From contig NW_027266265.1 of assembly GCF_022045235.1 (NCBI RefSeq), forward strand, positions 19,964,001 to 20,028,000: a DNA stretch of 64,000 nt. Direction: 5' to 3'. Within the stretch, counting starts at the first letter, position 1. The number at the start of each line of letters is the position of its first letter. The translations under genes were made by a program, and so were the position numbers. The notes below the pieces were generated by a model. It was given only the letters and a program-made list of their open reading frames with translations, had not been told where the DNA came from and did no database searches. Shown here piece by piece: positions 41,113 to 54,800 of the stretch. The stretch is from Haliotis cracherodii (taxonomy: Eukaryota).

Positions 41113-41173
<61 letters not shown>
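41113..41173. repeat. poly-G run (61 nt)
   Basis: Uninterrupted G tract. Confidence 0.9.
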
Positions 41174-41174
<1 letters not shown>

Positions 41175-43889
41175 GGATGATAAGTAAATACTGATGTTCT
41201 TAGTTGAGGGAACTAGTGTTTTGTAGTTGCCAAGAGTTGTTCAAAAGAACTCATCTGCTTTGACAAAATAGAATAAGCTTGTAAATGTATGAACTGGAAT
41301 GGCTTGTCCCCCAAACCTTGGCCGGAAACTGAGAACATGTTTTTTGATCCTCCTGTTTCTCTCCAGTAGTTGTAAACATACCAGCATGTCAGCTAGGGCT
41401 CAGACTGGAGCAACATACACACTTCCTAGAGATTGTACTTCTAAACCTTGGAACTGTCTTACCTGCTTCACCAATAACTGACATTATCAACTCCAATGAC
41501 AGTTTGAAATGACAGATATAAAATAAAGTGAATGTCGTTCATATTTCCTCTTTGTGATATCTGGAGGTCCTGTGTGAAATTCCATCTTTCCAACTTTTAG
41601 CAGTAGACAGGAAGTTTTCCTAGATACTGAAACTTGTTCATACACAACTTTCAAGGATCCCCATTTCTTTACAGTATACAACAGTGTACCATGTCACATA
41701 TATACAGCATAGTCAGCACCGATAGTTGTAACCATAGTAACAATCATGTCAAAGTACAATACAGCAATGAATAGTATGCTACAATACATTCTCATGTTAA
41801 AATCAACATCATATTTACACAAAAGCAATTATGAAATATATTTTGCCATTTTTTCATTTGTTAGTATGATCAACAAGATAACTGTGTGTCTAAAATTAGA
41901 AATTTGAGAATTTTACATTTTCAGTTTAAGTATGATGAAATATGTCCGTTTAAGCATAACTACTGTCATTGCCATTCATTGATAAGAAATATTGTTCCCT
42001 GAAATATGAGTGTGAAAATGTAACCAATCACTCAGAGTTTGAAAAGTAAACAAATATTTCATGTTACGGGAGTATTTTCCGATATTTACAAAGAAAAAGC
42101 ATCCAAAATTAATTTCAAACTGAATTTACATCCTTGTTCTGTATGTAGACATCCTTAAAACCCAGGTGCTCCCTACCTGCTTTATGTATGAGGAATGCTT
42201 TGTAAATATGTGAACCAACCTCAAGTTTTTCTAGAAAATAGACCAATGTTTAATGTGAAATATTTTGATCAGTAAACTACAGCAAGAAACACATAACTCT
42301 GTCTCTGCAATCAAAGCCTACACATTAAAGATAAGGTAGATTGGTTCTATTTATAACCACATCAAAATCTATAAGGTCAGAACATTTCAACCTATTTAGC
42401 AATCCAAAGTTACTTAGATTCTTTTTCAAGGAGTAGACCTGAAGAGAATAGTGGAATTCAAACAAATGGGCTTCAAGGATTGCTAATACATTGCTGTAAA
42501 TATTGATTTAGCATAATCAAATCAGTTGCTTTTCCTTATGAATTCATTTTACTGAAAAGTAGATAATTTCTTTTGTTGTCAGCTCATGGTTCCAAGAAAG
42601 AAAACTTCAGCTGGATACCATGCCACTTTCTAGGATGATACCTCATCATAAGGAGAAATATAGTGTGTTTAGAACAGAATAGGGATGTATCTCACAGCTG
42701 AAATACTGTACATGGATTTATCATAACATAACCCAGACTTTGAAGGCAGGAACAAAAAACTCATTAACAATATGTAAAAGCATAATACCGAGGCAGCACA
42801 TGTAAGTAATAAAAATATATATAAAAACACTTGAATTTGTACCTAAATTGAAGACTAGAAAGTCACAGAGACCATTGGCTTAATGGTCATAAAACCATAG
42901 ACCATGATAGACCCAGCAGATTACATAATGTATAACATGTATAAAGACAGGGTTTTTCAATCACCTTCCTGACATAACATAAAAAGTATGTAGTCAATTA
43001 ATTGCCATAAACCAAAAAAAACATTCTGGTTTCTTTGTATACATGTGTAGTGGTCAGCCATTAATTCTATTGATTTGAAGAAAAAGAGTAAGTATTTTTC
43101 AGTATTTTAAAATCTTAAAATGCTCATAGTTGTTTTGGATGGTATGGCCATAATTTGGAGACATCTGTGATTGTACTCCAGTGTTTATGCTTGAATGAAT
43201 CATTGTCTTGTCAAGAAGAGCTTGGCAATCAACAGTTTCTATACTGTACCCGTTACTGTATAGGAAGCTTAGGCGGAGTGGACACTCACCTAAATATCTC
43301 AAAATGTCAACCCGTGTGGACTCAATGCATTTAATAATATCTTCAAACCACACAAGAAACCAGAGCACTTTGAAGATACAGGACTACCATATTGGCACAA
43401 CATAAGTTGCCCTTGGGTCAACAAGAAAAGACCAGTCAAATTAAGTTGAAACTAGATAATAGTTTGTGTAACATCTCTGACCAGGCCTGGACCTGGCCAG
43501 CTTGGATGCAGTGGTCCCAGGCATCCTCCACTGTGGAAGCTACAACCTAAGGTGTCATGTAGCAATGCTTTTAATTATAGCTAAAATGGATAGAATTATC
43601 ATTAAACCGCCTGCATGTTATCAGAAATAAGCGGGCAACTGTAACTTTATAATGCCCTCATATTGCTTGACAACGGGCCATTATCACTCCTGTTGTTAGG
43701 TGACGTCATAGGATAGGAATAGGTGATGTCACGTTCAATAGTGACGTCATCTGGTTTGTTCTATGATGTTTCCATATTAGTAAAATTGGGTCAGTGACAT
43801 TCGTGTTGATTGCAGTAAATGTTTCAAAACCGATATTGTTGTTTCTTTTTATTTGATAACAAATTCCATCCATTTTATCTATAATAATG

Positions 43890-44016
43890 GTAACGCTATT
43901 TATCAGGGCATTATCATGTGCAGAAGCCCTCAGTCTTTTCAACTGCCCTCCTTCGTCAGGCAGTTAATGGAAGACCTCGGGCTTCTGCAAATGATAAGGC
44001 CCTGAAAATAGCGATA
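43890..44016. mobile_element. palindromic (foldback) non-autonomous element
   Basis: cgctatttatcagggcattatcatgtgcagaagccc... pairs with ...gggcttctgcaaatgataaggccctgaaaatagcg. Confidence 0.6.
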
Positions 44017-44889
44017 CCCTTGTATGCTCCACACAGTGCAGCTCACTAGAAGTCACTGATTAAGTTTTAAGATCTTTTATTGAAGCTTTACCAAATGAGT
44101 AGAAAAAGTGGTATGACTGTATGGAAGTTCATGGCTGGAGAATATATTAAATGCTTAAAACATCTGCACAAAAGATGCTACTCCTCTCCGCCTCAGAATA
44201 TGGTGTTTTGCACCCCAAGAAGTATCAAAGGATAAATAAATACCCTGCATGGATCAAGACGAACGAGAAACTTCAGCAGTTCAACAAAATGTTTCAACTC
44301 CTGGGCAGAGATAGAGATTTTAAGTTGGAAGACAGTCAAAAATAAGAAATATAATAACATACATTACGTAAGGACTGTTCTGTTGAGATACAAACAGTTA
44401 TGTCAACATTTATATTGTAAATACATATGGTAAAGGAATACAATTCTATTTCTTTGTTTTCAATAACTGTATCATATATTAAAGAAATAAAACATGTAAA
44501 TATTATCTGAACCTCATGATAGATATGTCGGGGTCATGCATGGAGGATATGTAGCAGGTAGTATGTAAAACTAAACCATTAAATATGATATGGGTTTGAA
44601 CTGAACACAAGTGGTGTAAAACAATGCATGTACACTTGTTCTCAAATGCTGCTGAAGTTAGTAAGACATACAATGTATTTGTAGGGATGTTCTTGCAAAC
44701 AGCTGACTGGGAGTCAGAGATGAATCAGGCCTGGATATAATATGTCATTTTATATTTCAATCTGTTTAAAAAAATATCAAAGTAAAACAAGAAAGGGAAA
44801 AAGAGATATGAATGCTAACATCAGTATTCTACATTCTGTAATGAAAACCTCCCAAACCAGCTTCATCATTCAAAATTAGTTTGAATGTA

Positions 44890-45062
44890 CAGTAAACTAC
44901 CTTTATAATGAACACGCTTATAACGAACTGATGGATATAATGAACTGTTTTGGGCCCCATCCATTTGCTATAATTATGCTGTATATGTGCTTATAACAAA
45001 CTATGGATATTACAGACTAAATTTAGTGGTCCCTTTAAGTTTGTTATAACCATAGTTTACTG
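44890..45062. mobile_element. pogo/Tigger-type MITE
   Basis: TA|CAGTAAACTA...TAGTTTACTG|TA, with internal ttataacgaac-like motifs. Confidence 0.7.
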
Positions 45063-45801
45063 TACAACCCCAGGAACCTATGCTGGTTGTAGGAGGCGAC
45101 TGACTTACTGGTGCTCAGGAGTATAATGACACATAATCAACCAAATCATTGAGTCTCACCACCTACATGTATCTATCAAGTTGCCTCGCATCACAAGCAC
45201 AGATTGCTGAGAACCCACTCTAACCCGGAATCTCCATGAAGGACTTCAGGAGGTAAATTTGGGGCACTGAATTAATCCAGTATCATCTGGCAAGGCCCAT
45301 GCTGAAATGTACTGGCCCACATGCTAGCAAACTTTACTGTCAATAACAAGGACAGCTACATAGAGAACATGAAGAGTCAACTGACATATCCTTAATAATA
45401 CAGTGTATAATATCTCCATTGTATATGATAAACATCCTTGACCCCTTCCTTGACACCCACCCACCTCAATTTTTTCTATCTCTAACCTTGGCACATAATT
45501 TCTCTTGAGAGTAATTTAAATGGACAGCTATTTTTAGCTGTGTGCCGTAATAATCGTATTTTAAATGAAGCTATGGCAGCCAGTGGGTACAGCTTATTTA
45601 CCATAATAGAATGGAGATACAGTACACTAGACCTAACAGAACCTACGCTTAATGCAGCACAAAATAATACAAATCAATCAACAATTAAATGCAAGTCAAA
45701 CCAGGTTGTGTAATTCCTTAGTGAATACCAGTTCACTTTCCAGGCCTCACATTAAATGATTCTTCTTGTTTCTTGCACAGTTTGTTTTTCTCTATCAGAT
45801 C

Positions 45802-48800
45802 TCAGATATCAATTTCATCCTCTTCAAGAAGTCTCCTCCTCTGATACAGACGATACTGCACCTTCCATGTTCTGTAGCTGCACAGAGCTGTTAGACCATA
45901 GAATGCCATACAGATGTAGCCAAACACCTGCAACAGAGGACCGCCATTCACTATAGGCGCAACAACACATCTGTCATTGTGTTGTAAGGCCTTGGTTTTT
46001 TCTATATTCTATTCTATATTTTCCCACTTATATCTTGGTATAGGACAGCATAATATATGCTATTTTTCATTGATAGTGCAATAGACTTAGTATAGTGAAA
46101 ACAATACAGATAACCAACCCCTTACCCTCAGGCTTATCAACTATTTGAAGTGACAAGTGGTCATTCATTACAAGGGGGCCATGTTGGGACATTATGTCGC
46201 CTAACACCAGGGATATGCATGTTGGCATAATAAAGGTGCTCATCATACTACAGCAGTTGGTACTAGTGGATTCCTTTACTTAATGTATGGATGTCCCGTC
46301 AATATACGGTGATGTCTCTAATTCTGTTCAACACATATGTGTTATTTCAACATTAATAAAACTAGTTTGTAAAACATTGAAATATCTTTTTGTAAAGTTG
46401 CCATGTTTTCCTGATCATAAATACTTCACCAATTACACTACATGTATCTTGGTATCAGCATACTTACCACACACACAACCAGTTGATGAATGGTTTCTTG
46501 GGATACATTGGTCTGCATCTTGATATAGAAGTCAAAAGCACTGGCAACAAGGGATGTTCCCACCAGGTATAGAAAGGCAAATACTGAATACAGTATCAAG
46601 TCCTGTAAGTGGAAGTAATAATGTAATTATTCCAGCAACATGCATCACTCAGGTCATATGACATCAATTATCGGAATGGGTTGGAATGTTTTAACAGCAT
46701 AACTACACTCTCTGTAGATAAGAACTATGTATTAACAATAATAACTTCACTGCAGCTTTAAAGGGACAGTACATCGACGGTTCAGTGTTTTGAAATCATG
46801 CATGAAATAATTTCACATGCCCGATTCAAATCGCAAACAAAAACAACAGAGCTCCACACAGTAAAGCCGACAACGCAAGCACTGCATAGAGTAAACAGAC
46901 TTTTTAATAGAGGCAAATTGTTTTTCTTAAGGCTGAATTACAAAATACTTTTTGCCAGCTTGATAAGATTAGAAGACAGTGTTGATCAAAGCCATGTTTT
47001 TTACCTGTATCCTTTTGGACAATTCTACATATTTAGATAAACATACGTCATGAAATATTTAACTTTCATTAAGAAAATATCCTAAAATAGAAAAAATGTT
47101 TCCATTTGCGTATTTATCCTCCACATCCTGTCATCGAAGCCCTACAGAGACCCAGCAATACGGTCACTTTGATGTGTAAAAGTTATGTTATCATGTTGCA
47201 GTTGTAGTAGTATATCTACATAATTCTAGTGAATACTCTACCTCTATTACATCATTGCCATAAATCCGGTATTTTGGATGCTATCACACCATACTAAACT
47301 TTCAGATTTTCAACTGGGGTCCTCTTCACTGTCAACTATACAAAAGTAGTTGTCCCTGCTATAGCACTAGGCAGCTTACAGCTCTTTTGTGCGTGAAGGC
47401 AGGAAACCTCACTTCTTTCCTGGGTTAGCACGCGTCAACACGTCTATGTATGCTCCTCTAGCACTTAGCTGTAGTCACATTATTCCAATACGTTTCAGTT
47501 ACTTAATCCTACTAATGTATTAGATGTTTTATGGGCTGTATTTTGATAAGTAAGTGTTTATCTTGCGAAATTTTCAAGATTGTGTCCTCCCCTCCTCATT
47601 TAGCATGTCACAAATGTGGCTGATTTATGACTTCAGTTGACCTTCACATAGAGTGTTGGAAGTGCAGAGAGTCCACCTGCATATAGGATGATCACTGTAC
47701 CCTCTGTCTCTCTCTCTCAAGAAAGCCTTTACTAAGTGAAGCTATCACTAAGGCTAAGAGGAAGGGTGAGGCCAAGAGAAAGGTTGATGATATTATTTCC
47801 CAGACTGATAAAAAAACCTACCCCTCCACCTGAACAACCGCCCGACTCTCAACAGTCATCTGTGCTGCTGGCACATCTGGAGTTTCCTTTCACCTTGCTG
47901 GAGCAAATTACTTGCTAGAGGTAGAACTGCTGAAAAGATTTGATTCCAGACAGGTGGAAGAAGAATCCCCCAACTAAGAGGCTGCATGGGAGACCGTCAA
48001 TGTCGGACTCGTGTCAGCCACCTACCACCAAGCACTACGGCCACCCGGCCAGCGGACAGGATTAAAGTACAGCCACCAACCAGTTGTCAGTATCTAAACA
48101 GCTGTCTGCCTTACCCTCATGGGTGGCAAAGGCCGTCCAGGCCCCCGCTAAGCTGGCAGAGATCAACTAACCACTCAACAGCTTGACCTCCATACGGGTG
48201 CCTCCATTACACAACAGCCAACCTGTGGACAGATCTTACCAGAGTTATGGACACGCACAGGCATTACGTGGATCCGTTTAGCTACCTGGAGTCCGACCGT
48301 TCAGATGTCCACCATCCAACGGCCTCCAATGTCCCTTCCGATTCTGAACTAGACATTGATGAAGACTATCATGAATTGAGACTTCTCCACCACAGGAATT
48401 TGGCGCTCCTCTATCCTTTGTGGATTTACTGGCAACTCTCTACCATTACATGCCATGTTTAATCTATTCCATCAATAATCAGGGATGTAAGCAGGTTTTG
48501 CCCAAAAGAGAGGAAAACTCTAGGGGGAGTCTGGGGCATGCCCCCCAGAAATTTTTAAAACATTTTGGTTGCATTTTAATCCATTTCGTTTGGACAACAT
48601 TCAAACCAAGAAATGTTATAAGTCAATGGCAACAGTGAAGTCAAATAAACAAAGATGGCGGATGCAGTAAAATTTCAAAGCGAAATCAGTGCTTTTAAAA
48701 ATTCGGGCATAGCTTCCGCGTGCCTGGTTACCCGCCGGGTCTGGGAGCAATACCACCATAAACTTCTACCCCCATCCCCCAGACACAAGGACAACTGTCA

Positions 48801-51800
48801 CAAGCGTGCAATGTCTGACCCTTTCCCCATGCTGAAGCATATTGAAAAAAAACTTACCTTGTACTTACCTTGAAAAAAACAAAACAACATTGCAAATAAA
48901 AGACATTAATACAACATATATCCCAGTGTTATGAGTTTTCGGATGCTGCAGAAACATTTATAGTTTTCTCGCTAGTCACATGAACGACTGTAAAACATCT
49001 CATTCTATTATAGGCTAAAAGACAACTTTATCTTAAAAACACACCATCTTCTGAGCATTTACAATTATCTGTGTGTCACCAAACCCCACATTATAGTGCA
49101 AGTATGAGTGATAGAAAACGTATGTGTCATGAATAATAGTAAAGGCATGATGTCAAAAGCTCTGATCGAAAACAGGATAATCCGTGGCGGTCGTCCGGAG
49201 ACATGATAATATTTTTCAGATGCAAGTATGTGTGATAGAAAACGTATGTGTCATGAATAATAGTAAAGCAGGATGTCAAAAGCTCTGATAGAAAACAGGA
49301 TATATCCGTGACGGTCGTCCGGAAACATGAAAATATTTTTCAGAGAATTTAAAAAAAAATCTTTGATTATATTTTTACGAGGAAGATGATTTTTTTCCAA
49401 GGCCTACTGTTTTAAAAAACGTGATTTTCCCTCTTTCCGCGGAGATTTCACATCCCTGAATAATGCCGGAATATGGGGGCTGCAATGCCCCCGTGACATA
49501 TCATGCCCACCAGACACTCCCATTGCTGAGCCATGCGTCAGGGATTATTGACCATGCCTCAACCAATCTTTAAAAACTTTGACACTGCCTCTTCCTAACT
49601 TGAACAGAAGAGTATATCCGAAAAAAATGCAGCGAAAACTTAGATCTGATTTGAATGAGATTGGGCTGGGACAAGACATCAATTATGCCATCCGATACGT
49701 AACACAATACCTTGTTCATGATCCGATACGTATCACGATAATTGTATGTGCTCTTAAGTGTGTTGTGTAGGCAATCTTTTTCATAGACAGGATAGTCAAA
49801 TTCCTGGGACACTAATGATTTAAAGTTGGCAGTGTCAAGTGTGACGCAATGGATGAAAATATTTACTTTTTCACTACTAATTAGTGTTTGGTGTAACAAC
49901 CATTAAAGTAAACATTTAAGGTATGAATCAATATTTTTTACTTAGTGTGCGACTGTGATCGATACTTGTATTGGGAAGTAAAATATTGCGATCCACCGAT
50001 GCATCAGTGTATCGTCCCACCAATACCATACAGGGAGTGTACTAGACTAGACTGAGTGAGTGAGTATGGTTTTACGCCGCTTTCAGCAATATTCCAGCAA
50101 TATCACGGTGGGGAACACCAGAATTGGGCTTCACACATTGTACCCATGTGAGTACTAGACTAGAGGCAGTACCAGCCTTCCTTCTGGTATATTCTGGCAA
50201 TGAGGTAATAGAGGTAGAGTATTTGCAAGAATTATTGAACAATAGTTATCATTGTTTATAATTCGAAGAATACTACCTCTATTTCATCAGAAGCAATCAC
50301 TCCCACAATCATCTGTCTCTAGCACAGAGATGTTTGGAAAGATGTGAAGTTACACACCTTCACGCATGGAAGAGCTGTAAGCTGCTAGGTGCTATAGCGG
50401 GGATAACTGATACAACGCCAGCGTAGGCTTATCACTTGACTGGACTTTTCTCTTATTTGTAACCAGAAGTTAGTGGAACAGAAACAGAATAAGTCGAGCA
50501 GTGCCGAGTAAGCATGGTAAGCTTCGGGGTTATCGGCTATTGTAACAAAGTTTCAGAACTCAACAGTCAACGTCCCGTCCCTTTTACATGTTTGGCCAAA
50601 GAAAAAGTGAAAACATAGCACATATACACAGACATGCAACACTAATACAAGTGCTTCATTAGAACCAAAAAGTAAAACCTATGTTTTGGCCATATTTGCG
50701 CTATTATGCATTACCGTTAGGATAATAGTATATGTGTAGGACGTCATCACTTTGAAACAAAGGACCATGCGGTCTCCCGTCTGCAAGTTGGATACGACAA
50801 TAAACTTGTGTGATTCTGTCGATCTTCTGTCATAAATCTCAATACAATAGAGGTTTACATGGTGTCAGATGAAGTGTGGAAAAGGAATCAAGTGCTAACT
50901 ACTCGCTGTCATAGACTGCTGAGCTGAGATAAATAGCAATCAGTCAGAAAACTAGGTCAAATTGCCGATAGCGTTAGTGTTGCGTAGTTTAAAAAAAACC
51001 CCCAAAAATACAAAAACAAAACATAACAAGCATGGCTCAAGGTGGAGGGGGACAGAGGGGACAGAGTAGCGCTCTGTTCATAGATAAGGGACCGTCTATG
51101 GATTGGACAAATAATGAAGGACTTTATTCAAGGTTTATGTTGTGGAAACAGCAGTGTGAACTTTTGTTTACTGGACCGATGTTCAGAATGGATGCAGAAA
51201 TGAAATGTAAATTTCTTCTGTACTGGTCAGGCACTGTAAGACTTGAGTTATTTAATAGTTAGGGTTTAACTGACGAAGAAGAAAAAGTTCTTGCAAATTA
51301 TTGGACCAAATTTGAAGAATATGTGAAACCACATTCAAATGAATTAATGGCCACATGGGAGTTACACCACATGAGACAGGGCAGTATGAAGTTAGAAGAT
51401 TTTTTTGCAAAACTCAGAACACTGGTTAATGAAGCAAATTATCCACAAGAAGAAAAGAAAAGGTTCTTAAGAGGCTTTCTAGTTTTTGTGATGAGATCTG
51501 AAAGGATGAGAAAAGAATGCTTAAAACTTGGAAACACTCTGACATTTGATCAAACTCATGAGATGGCAAAAGCGGAAGAATCAGCTGATATACAAGTCAG
51601 ATTCATGGGTGCAACTAATCCAGGTTCTACAAACATGAACATTGATGCCATTAATTCAAAATTCAGAAACAAAACTGACACTTACAATTATAAAAACGTA
51701 GTCACACAAAATCAAGTGCATCTGACAATCACAACAAAAATCGTTCACACAAAACCAAAACCTGTGGATATTGTGGAGACAGTCCTCACCCCAGGGAACG

Positions 51801-54800
51801 CTGTCCACCACGAAAGGCGAAATGTAGTTTGTGTCACATTGTCGGACATTACGCTAGAGTTTGTAGGCGAAAACAGACCACAAGAAATGTCAATGAAGTT
51901 GAGACAAATGAATATGATTCATCTCTGTCAAGCGAATTCAGTGATCATCTGTTCTTGGGTCCTATTGAAGTTTCACCAATTAACACAATTGATGAAATAT
52001 CGTCACAAGTCAAGAAGCCGCATATAGAAATGTTGCTGTCTGCTGAGACTGACGTCAAGCAGTTGCCGACAATGTGCAAGATTGACTGTGGTGCTGAAGC
52101 AAACATTATCACAAAAGACTGCTACCGGAAGTTATTCCCAAATGGGCATACACTCGACAAGCCTGTTGTGACACTCAAGGCGTATGGTGGAAACGTCATT
52201 CCAAACCTGGCTTCCTGTAATATATTTATCCAAAGTCCTAGTGCTGATACACCGAAGGCTATCAAATCTGAAGTTGTTGATATTAAGGAAAGTGTTCCTG
52301 TGTTAATCAAGCAATGCGACAGCACAAGACCTAGACCTAATCAAGCTGAATTGGCAAGTTACAGCTGAAGCTAGTAATGATGTCAAAGGCAACACACAAG
52401 AAACTAGCTCAATGGGGACAGTCAAATTGTTTGATGTAAATGGTAAACGTCATCCGTTTACATTTACCAAAGAGTACCTGATGCAGGAATACAAAGATAC
52501 ATTCACAGGGATTGGATGTTTTCCTGGACCTGCATATCACATAGAGAGTGATCAGAGCACTACCCCTGTTCAGCCTTCACAGAGACAAGTACCTGTGCAT
52601 ATTCAACCAGCATATCAAAGTGTTCTTTGGAAGTTTAGAAGGTGTAAGTGGTATTGCGGATGACACATTCGTCTATGGTACCAGCTAGCTATAACATGAC
52701 CAGCACATCATCAACATCCTTGACAAGGCAAGGCAGAATAATATCAAGTTCAACCCTGAAAAGTTCCAATTCAAAGTGAAAGAAGCATCCTTCTTTGGTC
52801 TAAAATGGTCACCTGATGGACTAAAAGGCTGATGAAGGCAAGATAACAGCAATCACTCAAATGGACCCACCAAGCAACCTACAAGAGCTGCAGTCTTTCA
52901 TGGGCATGATAAACTATCTCAACAGGTTCTCTCCTGTAAATGCTCAAATCTCTGAATCTGTAAGAAATCCCATGAAACGTGATGTTGAATATCTGTGGCA
53001 ACTAGAACATCACAAGGCCTTTCAGGAGTTGAAACAAATCATCACGAACATGCCTGTGCTCACATATTACGATTCTGAGAAGGACAATACCATCCAGTGA
53101 GACGCCAGTCAGAGAGGACTCGGCTGCGTCTTGCTACAAGATGGCAAGCCTGTGATATACGCAAGCCGCTCTCTGAGTGACGCTGAATCAAGGTACAGTA
53201 ACATAGAGAGGGAGCTACTGGCAGCTTCATGGTCACTTGAAAAACTACATCACTATGTGTATGGTAAGAGTGTTGTGATCGTTTTTTGATGTTGATGGCT
53301 TCTTGTAGTTTCCTGATCTTGAAGTCTTTGAGGTTAAACCACCATCCAGCCACAAGCCAGAACCATCAGGAGCAGTGTACCACATTCCGTGCAATTGTGG
53401 ACAAGCTTACATAGGAGAAACATCTAGGCCCCTCAAAACCCGAATTAAAGAACATCAAAGCTCAGTCTCCAAAGATGACTCTAAATCAGCTCTATCAGAC
53501 CACATCCGTGACAACCCAAGCCACAACATCCAATGGGAGAGTCACAACCCTCGCCACCAACCTCAAAAACTTCAAGATCAAGAAACTACAAGAAGCCATC
53601 AACATCAAAAGACTTCAGACCTCAATCAACCATGACCAAGGCTATTACATACCCCTGGCGTACCATCAACTCATCAAAGACCCCAATCAGCCATAATCCC
53701 GTTGTTTACATTACTGGCTTCATCCTTTGTTCATGGCACTGACTTCACCCATGGTCATCATCACTGCCCTTGTGTGTACACAACAGGCTTCTCTACTCCA
53801 GTATAACAATATCTACCCTACTGTATAAACATTGCCTCCTACGTGTATATATACTTGCTTACTGCACTCTGTAAATCACTTGCTTGATAACGGTGTTAGA
53901 ACCTACACCGAAACGTCGCTCTTAATTGTAATAAAGAAGTTGTTCATCCATAAATTCTTATCATTACTTGGTTTAATCTCTGTCAGAGCCGGGATCATAC
54001 CAACAACTAACATCAAATGGAAACCTGCTTCGACGAAACAGAATTCACCTGAAACCAGAAGGTAGAGGGAAGACAACTCTGTCAACCCCAATGTCAACAT
54101 GTAACCGACCGGGATTAGCAACATCCTCACCAATCAACCACCAATCACCATCACCGATGAAACAAGCTACACCAAGGATCAGCGAACCAGAACCAAAACC
54201 ATGTGTGAAGAACACAGCCACACCTGTGCAAGAGACTAACTTCCAGACGTGGTCGCGCTATCCGACCACCTGAGAAACTTGATTTATAAGAAACTCTTAT
54301 CAGACATTAAATCAGTGTGCATAAATATCTGTGCAAATCTCAAAGACAACTGAAAGACATTAACATTATTACATTTCACATATGTGTTATTTGAATTTAA
54401 TAGAACAAGTTGTTCTGTGTTCATTTATGAATGTCTGATGCATTTATTATGTTATTTTTCAGTATTATGCAAAGATTGTATGATGCTTAATGACGATCCT
54501 GAAAATGATCTGATGTTTAACATGTTTAATTCATTCTATTCAGAATGAATGTTCAATATTTGTTTCAGTAACTTTTCATTCAAAAGTTATGAAAGGACAC
54601 TAATGTTTAAATGTCAGGTAAACTCCTTAAAGTGGAGATGTGATGAGTTCCACTATTATGCAATACTGTTAGGATAATAGTATACTACTCAAAAGAAGTT
54701 AAGGATCACCCGATTCTTTCATATTATTAATGTTAATCTGTCATGGCATGAGAGATTAACTATTGTAATATGAAAGAATCAGGTGATCCTTAACTTCTTT

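Larger units (their letters stand above)
47220..50408 (+). mobile_element. degenerate DIRS-like (tyrosine recombinase) retrotransposon remnant
   Basis: Gag-type zinc finger with stops, CHKCG*FMTSVDLHIECWKCRESTCI*DDHCTLC (47606-47707). Inverted pairs at 47348-47420/50336-50408 and 47220-47265/50191-50235, plus a partial direct copy at 50259-50288. No RT or YR coding sequence is visible. Confidence 0.65.

Noticed and set aside
42605-42652. Minus-strand C/D box snoRNA (ATGATGA...CTGA)
   Set aside because: The boxes are too close together and there is no convincing terminal stem or guide.
38571-45801. An additional gene between TMEM170 and the MARVEL gene
   Set aside because: Only short ORFs without recognisable motifs or a consistent exon chain; likely UTR and intergenic DNA.
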